Source: Alkalispirochaeta sp.
Lineage (GTDB): Bacteria; Spirochaetota; Spirochaetia; DSM-27196; Alkalispirochaetaceae
Direction of reading: 5' to 3'
DNA length: 64,000 nucleotides
Assembly: GCA_965601925.1 (NCBI GenBank)
Contig: OZ271854.1
Coordinates: 1,056,001-1,120,000 of the forward strand
The notes below the pieces were generated by a model. The model was not told where the DNA came from. It made no database searches and saw only the letters and a program-made list of their open reading frames with translations. Positions 9,961-20,054 of this stretch are shown piece by piece. Within the stretch, counting starts at the first letter, position 1. Every line of letters begins with the position of its first letter. The translations under genes were made by a program, and so were the position numbers.

Positions 9961-10031
9961 GGGGGACTCGCGGGGTGTCCGAACGGTTCGACTTTTCGGA
10001 TCGGTTTTACCCGTTCGGTCACCGAGTCTCC
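9961..10031. terminator. Long imperfect hairpin between convergent genes
   Basis: Nested arms GGGGACTCG/CGAGTCTCC and CCGAACGGT/ACCCGTTCGG fill the intergenic gap. Confidence 0.45.
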
Positions 10032-10032
10032 A

Positions 10033-10305
10033 TTAGGCCGCGCCGAATCGTTTTGCCGCCCGAGCTTTGGCCTTGGCGGCCTCTTCCTCGCGATTGCGCG
10101 GACGCGCCGTCGTTACCAGCGAACGAATGAGCTCCCGAGAAATGTCGGTAATCGCATCAACCGCGCGCTCAAAGGCTTCCGCGTTTGCCTGAGACGGCTT
10201 GCCGAACCCACTGATTTTGCGAACGTACTGCTCCGCCGCCGATCGAACCTCGACGGGCGTCGCGGGCGGATCGAAGTTAAACAGCGGCTTGATATTTCTG
10301 CACAT
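10033..10305 (-). CDS. DUF2277-family protein
   Basis: MCRNIKPLFNFDPPAT..EVR.AA.QYVRKISGF signature; GGAGG RBS. Confidence 0.92.
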   Translation of the reverse strand: MCRNIKPLFNFDPPATPVEVRSAAEQYVRKISGFGKPSQANAEAFERAVDAITDISRELIRSLVTTARPRNREEEAAKAKARAAKRFGAA

Positions 10306-10522
10306 GGCGCCTCCCGGATACCGAAGATACTCACTACAGTATAGCGCTGTTTGCCCGTCTATCATCGCACGGCCGAGATCTCCGAAAGACGCCGCAACCC
10401 ACCTCCCGGTAGAGGCGGCTCCCGGCACAACGGCGAGACTACGCCCGCGCGATGCAGCGCACGGCGATGGGGATCGATGCATGTGGACGAACATCCGGCT
10501 GCCGCACTATTCTGACCGAACC

Positions 10523-11137
10523 ATGAATAGCACAGTAAAAGCGATGTTGGCCGTCCTTTCAGTACTGGTCCTCGTTGTCGTTGCAGTGTTCTCTTTCTTC
10601 AGATTCAACTACAACCGCATGGTGGCGTTGGATGAGAGTGTAAACGCCGCGTGGGCACAGGTAGAGAATCAGTACCAGCGTCGCCTGGATCTGATACCGA
10701 ACCTCGTGGAAACGGTGAGAGGTTTTGCCGACCGGGAACAGGAGACGCTCACCGCAGTCACCGAGGCCCGCAGCCGCGCCGGTGGGGTCATGCAGATGGA
10801 CGAGTCGGTTATAGCGGATCCCGAGGCGTTTCGACGCTTTCAAGAGGCGCAACAGGGGCTCGGCTCGGCGCTGCAACGCCTGCTGGTAGTCACTGAGAAC
10901 TACCCCGAGTTACGCTCCAACCAGAACTTTCTCGTCCTGCAAGACCAACTGGAGGGCACGGAGAATCGCATCGCGGTAGAACGGCGCCGCTTCAATGAAA
11001 CGGCCCGGGGCTACAACACCTACATTCGACAATTTCCGCGCGTAATCATCGCCGGTATGGTCGGTTTTGAACCGCGCGAATACTTTGAATCGTCGGCGGG
11101 CGCGGAAAACGCCCCGCAGGTTGATTTTGGCGACTGA
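10523..11137 (+). CDS. lemA: LemA-family protein
   Basis: N-terminal TM; QYQRRLDLIPNLVETV, ENYPELRSN, LEGTENRIAVERRRFN. Confidence 0.95.
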   Translation: MNSTVKAMLAVLSVLVLVVVAVFSFFRFNYNRMVALDESVNAAWAQVENQYQRRLDLIPNLVETVRGFADREQETLTAVTEARSRAGGVMQMDESVIADPEAFRRFQEAQQGLGSALQRLLVVTENYPELRSNQNFLVLQDQLEGTENRIAVERRRFNETARGYNTYIRQFPRVIIAGMVGFEPREYFESSAGAENAPQVDFGD

Positions 11138-11181
11138 GTCGCCGGCCTTGGTATCGTCGTTCGTGCCCGTGGGGAGGTCAT

Positions 11182-11856
11182 ATGCCGCTGTTAACTGAGG
11201 ATGAATCGCGTCGCATCGCCCGGGCGGTCGTCGAGGCGGAGCAAAAAAGCGGAGGCGAAATCACGACCGCGGTCATCGCCGAAAGCGACGACTACGGATT
11301 TCGGGAGCTCGTCTTTGCAATCATTGTGGGGGTCGTCGCATGGACGGGAGCGGTGGCGGCACAGACTCCCCTTACGGCCCTCCTTGAACGTCTCTTTTGG
11401 GGGTGGGAACCGTGGATGCTCTCGGGACTCCAGGGAGCGGTAGGGATGGTCGCCGGGCTTCTGGCCTACTATATCGCTCAGATTCCCGCCGTTGATCGGC
11501 TCATCGTGCCGCGGGCCGTCTTACAAGAGGCGGTCGCCCGACGTGCGCGACGGCACTTTGTAGAGTCCGGAACCTACGACACCGCAGACCAAACGGGGAT
11601 TCTTATCTTCGTCTCGATCTTGGAGCGCCGCGTTGAACTCATTGCCGACCGCGGCATCAACCGACAAGTCACCCCGGATACGTGGAACCGGATCGTACAA
11701 CGCCTGACCGGCGGAATTCGTGCCGGTCACATCGCCGACGCGCTGGTAGAGGCGGTAACGGCGTGTGGTGAGGTCCTCGAAGGACGCGTAGCGCGCCGAG
11801 ACGACGACACAAACGAACTCACCGATCACCCGGACCAACTGGAGAAAGGATCATGA
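11182..11856 (+). CDS. TPM-domain membrane protein
   Basis: AEQKSGGEI, GILIFVSILERRVELIADRGI; lemA context. Confidence 0.9.
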   Translation: MPLLTEDESRRIARAVVEAEQKSGGEITTAVIAESDDYGFRELVFAIIVGVVAWTGAVAAQTPLTALLERLFWGWEPWMLSGLQGAVGMVAGLLAYYIAQIPAVDRLIVPRAVLQEAVARRARRHFVESGTYDTADQTGILIFVSILERRVELIADRGINRQVTPDTWNRIVQRLTGGIRAGHIADALVEAVTACGEVLEGRVARRDDDTNELTDHPDQLEKGS

Positions 11857-12677
11857 AAGCAATCCGCGAACGGCTGATCCTCCTCGCAGCGATCACGGCC
11901 TTTGCAACGGCGGTGAACGGCCCGGTGACGCTCGCTGCGCTGGAGGTACCGCCCCTCACCGGGCGCGTAGTGGACAATGCCGGAATCATTTCCAGCGGGG
12001 CGGAGGGAGCTCTCAACGACTATTTCCGCCGGATCGAGGAAGCGGTGGGCGCTCAAATCGCCGTCCTCACGATTCCGTCTTTGGAAGGAGAGGTCCTTGA
12101 GCGGTACTCAATTCGAGTCGTGGAACGGTGGCGACTTGGTCGGGTCGGCGAGGATAACGGTGTACTACTTCTGATCGCGATGCAAGATCGAAGTGTACGT
12201 ATCGAAGTGGGCTACGGGCTGGAGGGACGCCTCACCGATGCCACCAGCGGCACTATTATTCGAGAGTATCTTCAACCGCACTTTCGCGCCGGTAACTACG
12301 ACGCCGGCGTACTCGCCGCCTCTCAGGCGATCGGCGGCGTCGTAGTCGACGGAGCCGACATCGCACCGCTCGGTGGAGCGGGCGCCGCCGGACCAACGAG
12401 AGAGACCGCGTCGCAATCAGGCACTCGCGGCATTCCTCTAAACCTCGGATTCTTTTTTATCGTCTTCTTCATCGGATCCCTCGGCCGTGTCGGCAGACGC
12501 CGCGGTTCCGGACTTCTCGGTGCTCTGTTCTGGGGCTCCATGGTGGGAGGCTCGGCGCGGCGGCACCATCGGGGTGGTTTCGGCGGTAGCGGATTCGGCG
12601 GCGGAGGGTTCGGCGGCGGCGGCTTTTCCGGCGGTGGAGGCGGTTTCGGCGGCGGCGGCGCCTCGGGCGGCTGGTAA
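11853..12677 (+). CDS. TPM-domain protein (YgcG-like) with Gly-rich tail
   Basis: Signal peptide, GRVVDNAG, DNGVLLLIA, RIEVGYGLEG, C-terminal GGGG.FGGGGASGGW. Confidence 0.93.
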   Translation: MKAIRERLILLAAITAFATAVNGPVTLAALEVPPLTGRVVDNAGIISSGAEGALNDYFRRIEEAVGAQIAVLTIPSLEGEVLERYSIRVVERWRLGRVGEDNGVLLLIAMQDRSVRIEVGYGLEGRLTDATSGTIIREYLQPHFRAGNYDAGVLAASQAIGGVVVDGADIAPLGGAGAAGPTRETASQSGTRGIPLNLGFFFIVFFIGSLGRVGRRRGSGLLGALFWGSMVGGSARRHHRGGFGGSGFGGGGFGGGGFSGGGGGFGGGGASGGW

Positions 12678-12758
12678 CCGAGTTCGATGCGCCGAGCCAC
12701 GGGAGAAGAGAGACGGTCGGCATCAAGGGCTCCAGGCGTTACGCATCGAGAAACGATA

Positions 12759-13499
12759 ATGGAACGCGTATATCGAAGTATCGACATCGCCCGCTCGTGC
12801 GGCATTCACGTGAACACACTACGGTTCTACGAGCGCATCGGGCTGATCTCCCCGGTTCCACGAGAACGAAACAACTACCGTCGCTTCGACGTTCGGCACC
12901 TCCTTCAGGTGCGTGTGATTCGGCTCGTGTATCAAGAGCAGTGGCCCGGTCGCCCGATTCGACGCGCCGGCGAGGCGATTATCGAGGCACTGAAGCGGTG
13001 GCGACCGGCGGAGGCGGAAGCGGCGCTGGCGCGGTACCGGATCCTCATCGAACGAGAGCTCGAGAACGCATTAGCCGCGACAACGCTTCTGCGCGACTGG
13101 AATCGTATCGACGTTGACGACGGGACGGAGTATACGATGATCGAGGTCTCTCGGGCGTTGTCGGTGACCGCCGAAAGCATCCGAAACTGGGAGCGCAACG
13201 CGCTCATACGCATTCCCCGACGCGGTCCCAACGATCGGCGCTACCTCACGACGCGAGAGCTGAACCGTCTACGGATTATCGCGATGCTTCGGAAAGCGGG
13301 CCACAGTGTGGCGGTGATTCACTGCGCCCTCCGCCACCTTCGGGACGGCGGCATCGAGAAGGCGGTGAAGACCTTCCACGACCCGGGCGAGCTCGAGCTC
13401 CTGAGCGCCGGAGACCATTACATTGCGGTACTCCGCAGGACCGCCCATAGTGCGGCGGCAATCGCCCGTATACTCGCCGAAGCGCGCGGCGTTTCGTAG
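12759..13499 (+). CDS. MerR-family regulator with two HTH domains
   Basis: NTLRFYERIGLI...NNYRRF and SIRNWERNALI...R.Y. Confidence 0.9.
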   Translation: MERVYRSIDIARSCGIHVNTLRFYERIGLISPVPRERNNYRRFDVRHLLQVRVIRLVYQEQWPGRPIRRAGEAIIEALKRWRPAEAEAALARYRILIERELENALAATTLLRDWNRIDVDDGTEYTMIEVSRALSVTAESIRNWERNALIRIPRRGPNDRRYLTTRELNRLRIIAMLRKAGHSVAVIHCALRHLRDGGIEKAVKTFHDPGELELLSAGDHYIAVLRRTAHSAAAIARILAEARGVS

Positions 13500-13639
13500 C
13501 GAGTCCTCGACGCCGGCGATGGCCGTCGTAGTGTCTCACGATGGGTTGCGGCGCGTCCGGGGGTCCATACGGGTGCGCGGGAGCTCTCTCAAACCCTACT
13601 ATTGCACACCACCCCGCCGGGTTCCGATACCCTCACGAC

Positions 13640-14848
13640 ATGAGGCGAGTAGAAACCGTGATCCACACCGTGGCCGTCGATATCGGCGAAAGACCGGTCG
13701 GGACCGCGGCCAACCGAGCGGTCTGTCGTTATTTGGCCGACATCGCGAGGGATGGAGGCTACGAAGTGTCGGCACTGTCCTTCGATTGCCTGCGATGGGA
13801 ATGGTCGGCGTCGTCGCTTGACGCGGGGGGAAGCAAACGGACGATCCATCCCGGCCCCTTCTCTCCGGCGCTGGAAGGAACATTCGCCGTCGAATACGTC
13901 TCGACGATCGAGGAGCTGCGCAATGCCGAGTGCGCGGGAAAACTCCTCGTTATCCGGGGAGCTCTCGCGGCGGAGCCCCTCATGCCGAAGGGCTTTCCCT
14001 TTTACTTCCCCGACAGCCACAAAGAGATCATCGATCTCATTCAACGGAACATGCCTGCAGGGGTACTCGCGCTCACGGGAAAACACCCCATGTGCGGATG
14101 GGATCCCTTTCCGCTCTTTGAAGACGGGAACCTCGACATACCGAACGCTTTCGCTCCGGCCGCACGAGGATACGTTCCCGCGCTTCGCCTGCGGAACGCG
14201 TCCGAGAGGAGCGGAACGCCCGAGATATCGGTGGCACTCAGCTCATCGACCGTCCCGTCGACGGGGGAACAACTCATCTTCTCCCGTAACTCGGCAGCGG
14301 GAAGACGCGTTATCCTGTGCGCCCACATGGATACCAAATACGGTACGCCCGGGGCTTTGGACAACGGGGCGGGAGTCGCGACTCTTGTCGGTGTGATGGA
14401 GCGCCTCGCCGATGCGAACCTTCCCGTAGCACTAGACGTCGTGCCGTTCAACGGGGAGGAATACTTCGCCGTCCCGGGGCAACTCGCCTACCTCGACCAC
14501 CGAGAATCGAATGTTGAAACGACGAGACTCGTCATTAACATCGACGGCCTCGGCCACGTGGATTCGAAGAATGCCTTCTCGTACTATAACGTGTCGCCGG
14601 AGGAGACCGCCCGGATCGCCGGAGTCGTCGGGAAGAACGACGCCGTCACCGGGAAGCGGTGGATCGCCGGCGACCACACGATGTTCGCGTTCCGAGGGAT
14701 CCCGTGCATCGCCGTCACCTCGTCCAACCTCACCGAGGCGGTTGTCGACCTCACCCACACCGCCGCCGATACGGTGGACAACGTCGACGGTACACTGATC
14801 GAGAGCGCCGCCGACGCGATCGCCGAGATCATTCGCTCCGTGCGGTGA
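13640..14848 (+). CDS. M28-family metallopeptidase
   Basis: AHMDT, GALDNGAGV, GEEY, INIDG, GDH, HT..D zinc-ligand motifs. Confidence 0.9.
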   Translation: MRRVETVIHTVAVDIGERPVGTAANRAVCRYLADIARDGGYEVSALSFDCLRWEWSASSLDAGGSKRTIHPGPFSPALEGTFAVEYVSTIEELRNAECAGKLLVIRGALAAEPLMPKGFPFYFPDSHKEIIDLIQRNMPAGVLALTGKHPMCGWDPFPLFEDGNLDIPNAFAPAARGYVPALRLRNASERSGTPEISVALSSSTVPSTGEQLIFSRNSAAGRRVILCAHMDTKYGTPGALDNGAGVATLVGVMERLADANLPVALDVVPFNGEEYFAVPGQLAYLDHRESNVETTRLVINIDGLGHVDSKNAFSYYNVSPEETARIAGVVGKNDAVTGKRWIAGDHTMFAFRGIPCIAVTSSNLTEAVVDLTHTAADTVDNVDGTLIESAADAIAEIIRSVR

Positions 14849-14903
14849 GTCTCGGGCGACGACGCGTCGCCTCGGCGAGGCACGGTGTAGCCGAGGTTCG
14901 AAT

Positions 14904-14942
14904 GTGACACATGTCACCCTCCCCACGTATGACACATTTCAC
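14904..14942. promoter_or_regulatory. Tandem TGACA-N2-TGTCA-type boxes, candidate NarL-type regulator site
   Basis: GTGACACATGTCAC (14904-14917) and ATGACACATTTCAC (14929-14942) upstream of the ABC exporter operon. Confidence 0.65.
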
Positions 14943-15001
14943 GGTGTTCGCCGATGCGGTTCGCTACTACTGTATGGGCATCCGGATACGAGGAGTAGCA
15001 A

Positions 15002-15934
15002 ATGGTCGTACACATGCAAGGAGTCGTGAAACGGTACAAGAACACCGTCGCCGTCGATAACGTCGACATCTCGATCGAACGCGGAGAAATCGTCGGTCTC
15101 CTGGGACCAAACGGTGCCGGAAAGACTACGACGATCAACGGCATACACGGGCTGACGCAATTCGACGCCGGCGAAGTCTCCCTCTTCGGTCGTTCGATGA
15201 ACGGTATCGACCGCGGGATCAAGCGAAAAATGGGCGTCGTTCCCCAAGACATTGCGGTATTCGACGATCTGACCGCCGAGGAGAACGTGTCGTACTTCGC
15301 CCGCCTCTACGGACTTTCGGGAGGATCGCTCGCGGAGGGGGTATCGTTTGCGTTGGAGTTCACCGGCCTTGCGGGTCGACGGACCGAAAAGCCGAAAACC
15401 TTTTCAGGAGGCATGAAACGCCGCCTCAATATCGCCTGTGCACTGGCCCATCGCCCGGAGTTGGTCATCTTCGACGAACCGACGGTGGGCATCGATCCCC
15501 AATCGCGCAACCATATCCTCGAGTCGGTTCGCCGCCTCAACGGAGACGGCGCGACGGTCATCTACACATCCCATTACATGGAGGAGGTGGAGGCGGTGTG
15601 CTCCCGAGTAATCGTGATGGACCACGGTCGTGTGATCGCCTCGGGAACCCAGAGCGATCTGAAGGCCCTGGTCTCCAACGAGGATACGATCGATATTGAG
15701 CTGGAACGAATGTCTCCGGGGATTATCGAGGCGGTGCGCGGCGTCGCCGGGGTGACGGATTGCGCGGCGGAAGGGGTTCACCTGAGAGTGACCGTCGAGC
15801 GCGACGGCGTACGCCTCGGCCGCGTGGTAGAGAAAGTGAGCAGCCTCGGCGCCGAGGTCCTTTCGGCGCACGTCGAGCGCCCGAGCCTCGAAAGTGTCTT
15901 TCTCTCCCTGACCGGTAGAACGCTTCGGGACTGA
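15002..15934 (+). CDS. ABC exporter ATP-binding protein (LnrL/DrrA-like)
   Basis: GPNGAGKTT, FSGGMKRR, DEPTVGIDPQSR. Confidence 0.95.
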   Translation: MVVHMQGVVKRYKNTVAVDNVDISIERGEIVGLLGPNGAGKTTTINGIHGLTQFDAGEVSLFGRSMNGIDRGIKRKMGVVPQDIAVFDDLTAEENVSYFARLYGLSGGSLAEGVSFALEFTGLAGRRTEKPKTFSGGMKRRLNIACALAHRPELVIFDEPTVGIDPQSRNHILESVRRLNGDGATVIYTSHYMEEVEAVCSRVIVMDHGRVIASGTQSDLKALVSNEDTIDIELERMSPGIIEAVRGVAGVTDCAAEGVHLRVTVERDGVRLGRVVEKVSSLGAEVLSAHVERPSLESVFLSLTGRTLRD

Positions 15935-15945
15935 AGGGGGGGACT

Positions 15946-17079
15946 ATGATGTACGTACTCATCGTATTGCGATACACGCTTCTCAGAAACGTTCGGGATG
16001 TCGCCGCTACGGCGGAGCAAATACTCATGCCCGTGGTGCTCATCTTCGTGCTCGGAACGGTGACCGGCGACGCCTCCCCGGCGCGCGATGTCGGTCCGAC
16101 GGCAGTGGCCTACGCGATCGAAGGCGACGGGCCCCAGGCGCGGGCCCTGCGAAGTTTTCTGGAGCGCGAGGAGATCGGACGCTACCTCTCGGTAACCGAA
16201 TCATCGACGCCGGAGGAGGCTCTCGGACTGCTCGAGGCGGAGCAGGCGGTTACGGCGATCATCCTCACCGCCGATGGTACGAGAAACTCGGGGGCGTCGC
16301 CGGTGACGCTCATCGAGCGCCCGGGAAACTCCCTCCGCACGGGGATCGTACGTTCGATCGTCGACGGCTTCGTGCGAAGCGCAAACGTCTCCGAGGCCGT
16401 CACCCATATCGGCCGCGATGAAATCATCCACGAGGTACCACCGACGACCTTCGACGAACAGGTGATCTCCAAAGTGGGACGCGCACCGAGCGCGCCGGAC
16501 TTCTACGCAGTATCCATGCTTGTGCTCTTTACGATGTACATTGCCGGATACGCGGTCGCCGGCTTGCGCGAAGATCTCCTGGAGTCAACCGGCGATCGGG
16601 TACGTTCGACGCCGATCAGAGGGTGGGAACACATCGCGGGGAAACTGGCCGCCCATGTGGTAACGGGCGTAATCCAAGGGGCAATTATCATTACGGTAAG
16701 TCTCGTCGCCTTCGGTACGAACTGGGGCTCCCGGCCCGTCGCGCTGGCCGCGCTCCTCGTCTCGTTGTGTATCTTTGCCGTCGCATTCGGCGGCCTCGTC
16801 TTGGCGATTACGAGGGACGGGCAGCAAGCGCAGTACATCACGAACTACGCGATTCTCGGATCGATGATCCTCTCCGGAGGCGCTTTCCGCTTCAACGTGG
16901 AGAGCTCATGGTTTCGGATCGCCCAACACCTCCTTCCCCATTATCAGGGGCAGCGGGCCGTACTTGCCATGGCCTACGGCGGCGAACCCGGCATTGTGCC
17001 GGGGGCGTTCATCTATTTTCTCGGCGGCGCGGCAGTCCTGTTTGCGCTAACGGTTGTGTTCTCACGGAGGCACGTATGA
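15946..17079 (+). CDS. ABC-2 type permease
   Basis: N-terminal TM, large extracytoplasmic loop, multiple C-terminal TMs. Confidence 0.88.
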   Translation: MMYVLIVLRYTLLRNVRDVAATAEQILMPVVLIFVLGTVTGDASPARDVGPTAVAYAIEGDGPQARALRSFLEREEIGRYLSVTESSTPEEALGLLEAEQAVTAIILTADGTRNSGASPVTLIERPGNSLRTGIVRSIVDGFVRSANVSEAVTHIGRDEIIHEVPPTTFDEQVISKVGRAPSAPDFYAVSMLVLFTMYIAGYAVAGLREDLLESTGDRVRSTPIRGWEHIAGKLAAHVVTGVIQGAIIITVSLVAFGTNWGSRPVALAALLVSLCIFAVAFGGLVLAITRDGQQAQYITNYAILGSMILSGGAFRFNVESSWFRIAQHLLPHYQGQRAVLAMAYGGEPGIVPGAFIYFLGGAAVLFALTVVFSRRHV

Positions 17080-18191
17080 CGGTGTGTAGAACGTATTTGA
17101 AGCGTATATTCGCTCGTCGGTGGACGGTGGTACTTACCGTCGCCGTCCCGGTGCTCATCGCCCTCCTCGGCGGCACCGGCGACGACGATCGCATTCGGGT
17201 CGCTCTCTTCGATCGAGACGACAGTACTCTCTCGCGCATGGTGATCCGCGCTATAGAGCCCGTCGCGGTGCTCATCGACATTGAGTACGACCGGATCGAC
17301 GCCGGCCTCACGGACGGCCGAATCGAGTACGCCATGGTCATTCCCTCCGGTCTCGAAAATGGGGTCCTCCGCGGCGAACGGACGCGTATCGAGACCTACT
17401 CGATCCGAGGCGTCGAGACGACCGCCGCGATACGCAACGCCGCCGACAGCGCTCTCTCCGCTGCACGGGATGTGGCGCGCCGTGTAGGGGGCGATCGGGA
17501 CGCCTTTGCGGAGGCGTTGGGGCTCGTCCGGAGCGGGCCGTTTACGGTGGAGAGTGAACCCCTTCGATACGAGCGCGGAGCGTTACGCGGGCCGCAGGCC
17601 GACGGCGTTACACGACTGATCGGCATCCTGGCTCTTACGATGCTCTCCATGACGACGGTGACCTGCTTCATGTTTCTGCAGGACATCGAGGCCGGCACCC
17701 TCCACCGAAGCCTTGCAGGTCCCGTATCGGTAACGCGATACATGATCGAGACGAACCTGGCGTTCTTTCTTGTAACGTCGCTTCAAGGTATTGCGGCCGC
17801 GACGGTCGTCGGAATGGTCTTCCGCGATGTGTCGACGGGAGCGGTGTTTACGCTTCTGCTCATCCTCGCCACCTTCTCTTTGGTGGCGGTATCCCTCTCC
17901 CTCGCCGTCGCCAATATCGCGGGAACGGTTCGACGGACTCAGGTAACGATTAATTTCATCGTGATTCCGATGGCTATGCTCGGCGGGGTATTTTGGCCCG
18001 TTGAGATCATGCCCGAGTTCCTGCAACGGGTGAGTGATTTTACGCCGATTCGATGGGCTATCTCGGCGACCCAAGCCGCCCTTTCCGGCGCCGAGTTTAC
18101 CGAGGTCGCGCCGCACATCGGCATACTCGCGCTCTTCGCCGTTGTGTTCCAAGCGATGAGTGCCTGGAAAAAAGTCGACGTGACACGGTGA
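17076..18191 (+). CDS. ABC-2 type permease
   Basis: ATGA overlap with upstream gene; LGGVFWPVEIMP..LQ..S.FTP motif. Confidence 0.88.
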   Translation: MTVCRTYLKRIFARRWTVVLTVAVPVLIALLGGTGDDDRIRVALFDRDDSTLSRMVIRAIEPVAVLIDIEYDRIDAGLTDGRIEYAMVIPSGLENGVLRGERTRIETYSIRGVETTAAIRNAADSALSAARDVARRVGGDRDAFAEALGLVRSGPFTVESEPLRYERGALRGPQADGVTRLIGILALTMLSMTTVTCFMFLQDIEAGTLHRSLAGPVSVTRYMIETNLAFFLVTSLQGIAAATVVGMVFRDVSTGAVFTLLLILATFSLVAVSLSLAVANIAGTVRRTQVTINFIVIPMAMLGGVFWPVEIMPEFLQRVSDFTPIRWAISATQAALSGAEFTEVAPHIGILALFAVVFQAMSAWKKVDVTR

Positions 18192-18209
18192 GCGGAGTAG
18201 AATCGGCCC

Positions 18210-19322
18210 GTGGAGCGCCCTGAGGTCAACACCATCCGTTGCATCATAAAAGCGACGATCTGGATCGCCATCGTCGCGACGCTCGTCTCCGAGACGAGGG
18301 TCTCGTCGGAGACCGTCGCGTTCGTTTTGGCCGGGCTCATCGCGGAGATTACAAACGCCCGCTTCGCGCGATCCCGTTCGGTAACGGTCGTCAAGTGCGC
18401 GTTCTTCGTACTCTGCGCCGCCTTGGACGACTCCTTCGCACTGCTCGCCGCATCGGCGGCCTTTGACTTGGCTCTCGGCGCGCCGGGAGCCTTCGCGACG
18501 GTTCCGGTCGTCGCGACCGTTGCCGTCACCCCGCCCGAACGGTGGGCGATTGTGGTTTTGTGTTCCGTTATCGCGGCCGCAGCGGGGTGGATTGCGCAAC
18601 GGCACGTCGCGGCGTGGCACGGCCATACCCTCGCCCTCGATCGCGAGCGACGACTGCGATACCGCGGGGAGGAGACTCGAAGGCGCTTGGAACGGACATC
18701 GCGGGAGCTGATTCGTGCGACCGAAGAGGCCGAACGCACGCGAATCGCTCATGCAATCCACGACGACGTGGGACACCGATTGACCGGTACCCTCATGCAG
18801 ATTCAGGCCGCACGCCGCCTCGTATCGTCCCACCCCGGCCGCGCGATGGACATGCTCGATACCGCAACCGGAGCGCTCACCACGGCGGTCGAATCGATTC
18901 GCGAGACCGTCTACGATTTGCGACCACGCGCCGAGTCGGACGCGGCGGCGATACGGAGGCTCTGCGCTGAGTTCCGCTTCTGTCCCGTCGAGGTATCCCT
19001 CGACGACGAAGCGTACTCGGCGCTGGCCGAACCGTATCGCGACGCCTGTCTCCTCACGATTCGCGAACTCCTGACGAACGCGGCGCGACACTCGAGGGCC
19101 GAGAGAATTCGAGTGCGTGTCGACCTGGGAGCGTACATGAGGCTCGTCTACGAGGACGACGGGATCGGCTCGACGACGGCGCGCGAAGGGATCGGTATCG
19201 AGGGTATCCGCAGCCGGACCGAGGCGCTCGGCGGTACCTTCGTTACCTCGGGGCACCGCGGCTTCGTCGTACGAATCGCGATACCCCTCGATAATCACGA
19301 TGCGAGGAGAGGATCGGGATGA
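18210..19322 (+). CDS. Membrane sensor histidine kinase (HisKA_3)
   Basis: ERTRIAHAIHDDVGH, ELLTNAARHS, DDGIG, GIGIEGI. Confidence 0.93.
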   Translation: MERPEVNTIRCIIKATIWIAIVATLVSETRVSSETVAFVLAGLIAEITNARFARSRSVTVVKCAFFVLCAALDDSFALLAASAAFDLALGAPGAFATVPVVATVAVTPPERWAIVVLCSVIAAAAGWIAQRHVAAWHGHTLALDRERRLRYRGEETRRRLERTSRELIRATEEAERTRIAHAIHDDVGHRLTGTLMQIQAARRLVSSHPGRAMDMLDTATGALTTAVESIRETVYDLRPRAESDAAAIRRLCAEFRFCPVEVSLDDEAYSALAEPYRDACLLTIRELLTNAARHSRAERIRVRVDLGAYMRLVYEDDGIGSTTAREGIGIEGIRSRTEALGGTFVTSGHRGFVVRIAIPLDNHDARRGSG

Positions 19323-20005
19323 ACGTGATACGGGTGGCACTCGTCGACGACGACGGGCTCATTCGCGACGGTCTCGGCGCAATTCTCGAAATGTACGACG
19401 ATATCGAGTTCGTCGGCGCGGAGGAGGACGGCGAGGCGGGCGTGGCCCTTTGCGACCGCACACGCCCGGAGGTAGTCTTGATGGACATCCGCATGCCGGT
19501 TCTCGACGGAGTCGCCGCGGCGGCGCGAATCAAGGAGACGTGGCCCGATATGAAAGTCATTATGCTGACGACCTTCGGGGACGGCGCCTCCATTCGGAGC
19601 GCCATCGCCCTCGGGGCCGAGGGATACATCCTCAAGAGTTCATCGGCCGATACCATCGTGGAAAGTATTCGTGCCGTCCATCGGGGGACGACGGTGCTGC
19701 ACAACGATGTCGCGCGAACCTTGGGCTCGATACTGACCGACACGACCGTCGATTCGATATCGACGCGTGAGGCGGCCTCGCCGCACGCCCCCGTCGAACG
19801 TGGGCGATTGGAGGCGTTGGGGCTCAGCCCGCGAGAGCTCGACGTACTCACCCTTATCGCCCAAGGGCACTCAAACAAAGAGATCGCCGCGGAGCTCCGC
19901 CTATCCGACGGTACGGTACGTAACTACATCTCCGACATGCTTGCGAAGCTTGCGGTGCGCGATCGGACCCAACTCGCGATTCTCTACTATCGAAGCCTCG
20001 GCTGA
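19319..20005 (+). CDS. NarL/LuxR-family response regulator
   Basis: LMDIRMP receiver; LSPRELDVL...SNKEIA...TVRNY HTH. Confidence 0.95.
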   Translation: MNVIRVALVDDDGLIRDGLGAILEMYDDIEFVGAEEDGEAGVALCDRTRPEVVLMDIRMPVLDGVAAAARIKETWPDMKVIMLTTFGDGASIRSAIALGAEGYILKSSSADTIVESIRAVHRGTTVLHNDVARTLGSILTDTTVDSISTREAASPHAPVERGRLEALGLSPRELDVLTLIAQGHSNKEIAAELRLSDGTVRNYISDMLAKLAVRDRTQLAILYYRSLG

Positions 20006-20054
20006 AACCGGCTCCCTTGGCGGAGACGCCGGGGGGTGAGTATCCTCGGTACCG

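Noticed and set aside
228..10305. Integron cassette array (many small VOC, GNAT, RibD and SnoaL genes)
   Set aside because: No repeated attC-like sites or integrase seen; genes overlap or change strand.
12570..12675. GGC-rich tandem repeat
   Set aside because: Encodes the normal Gly-rich tail of TPM/YgcG proteins.
17583..19340. Long antisense ORFs (also 57984-59405 and 27225-28346)
   Set aside because: Shadow frames of well-supported genes in GC-rich DNA, with no recognisable motifs.
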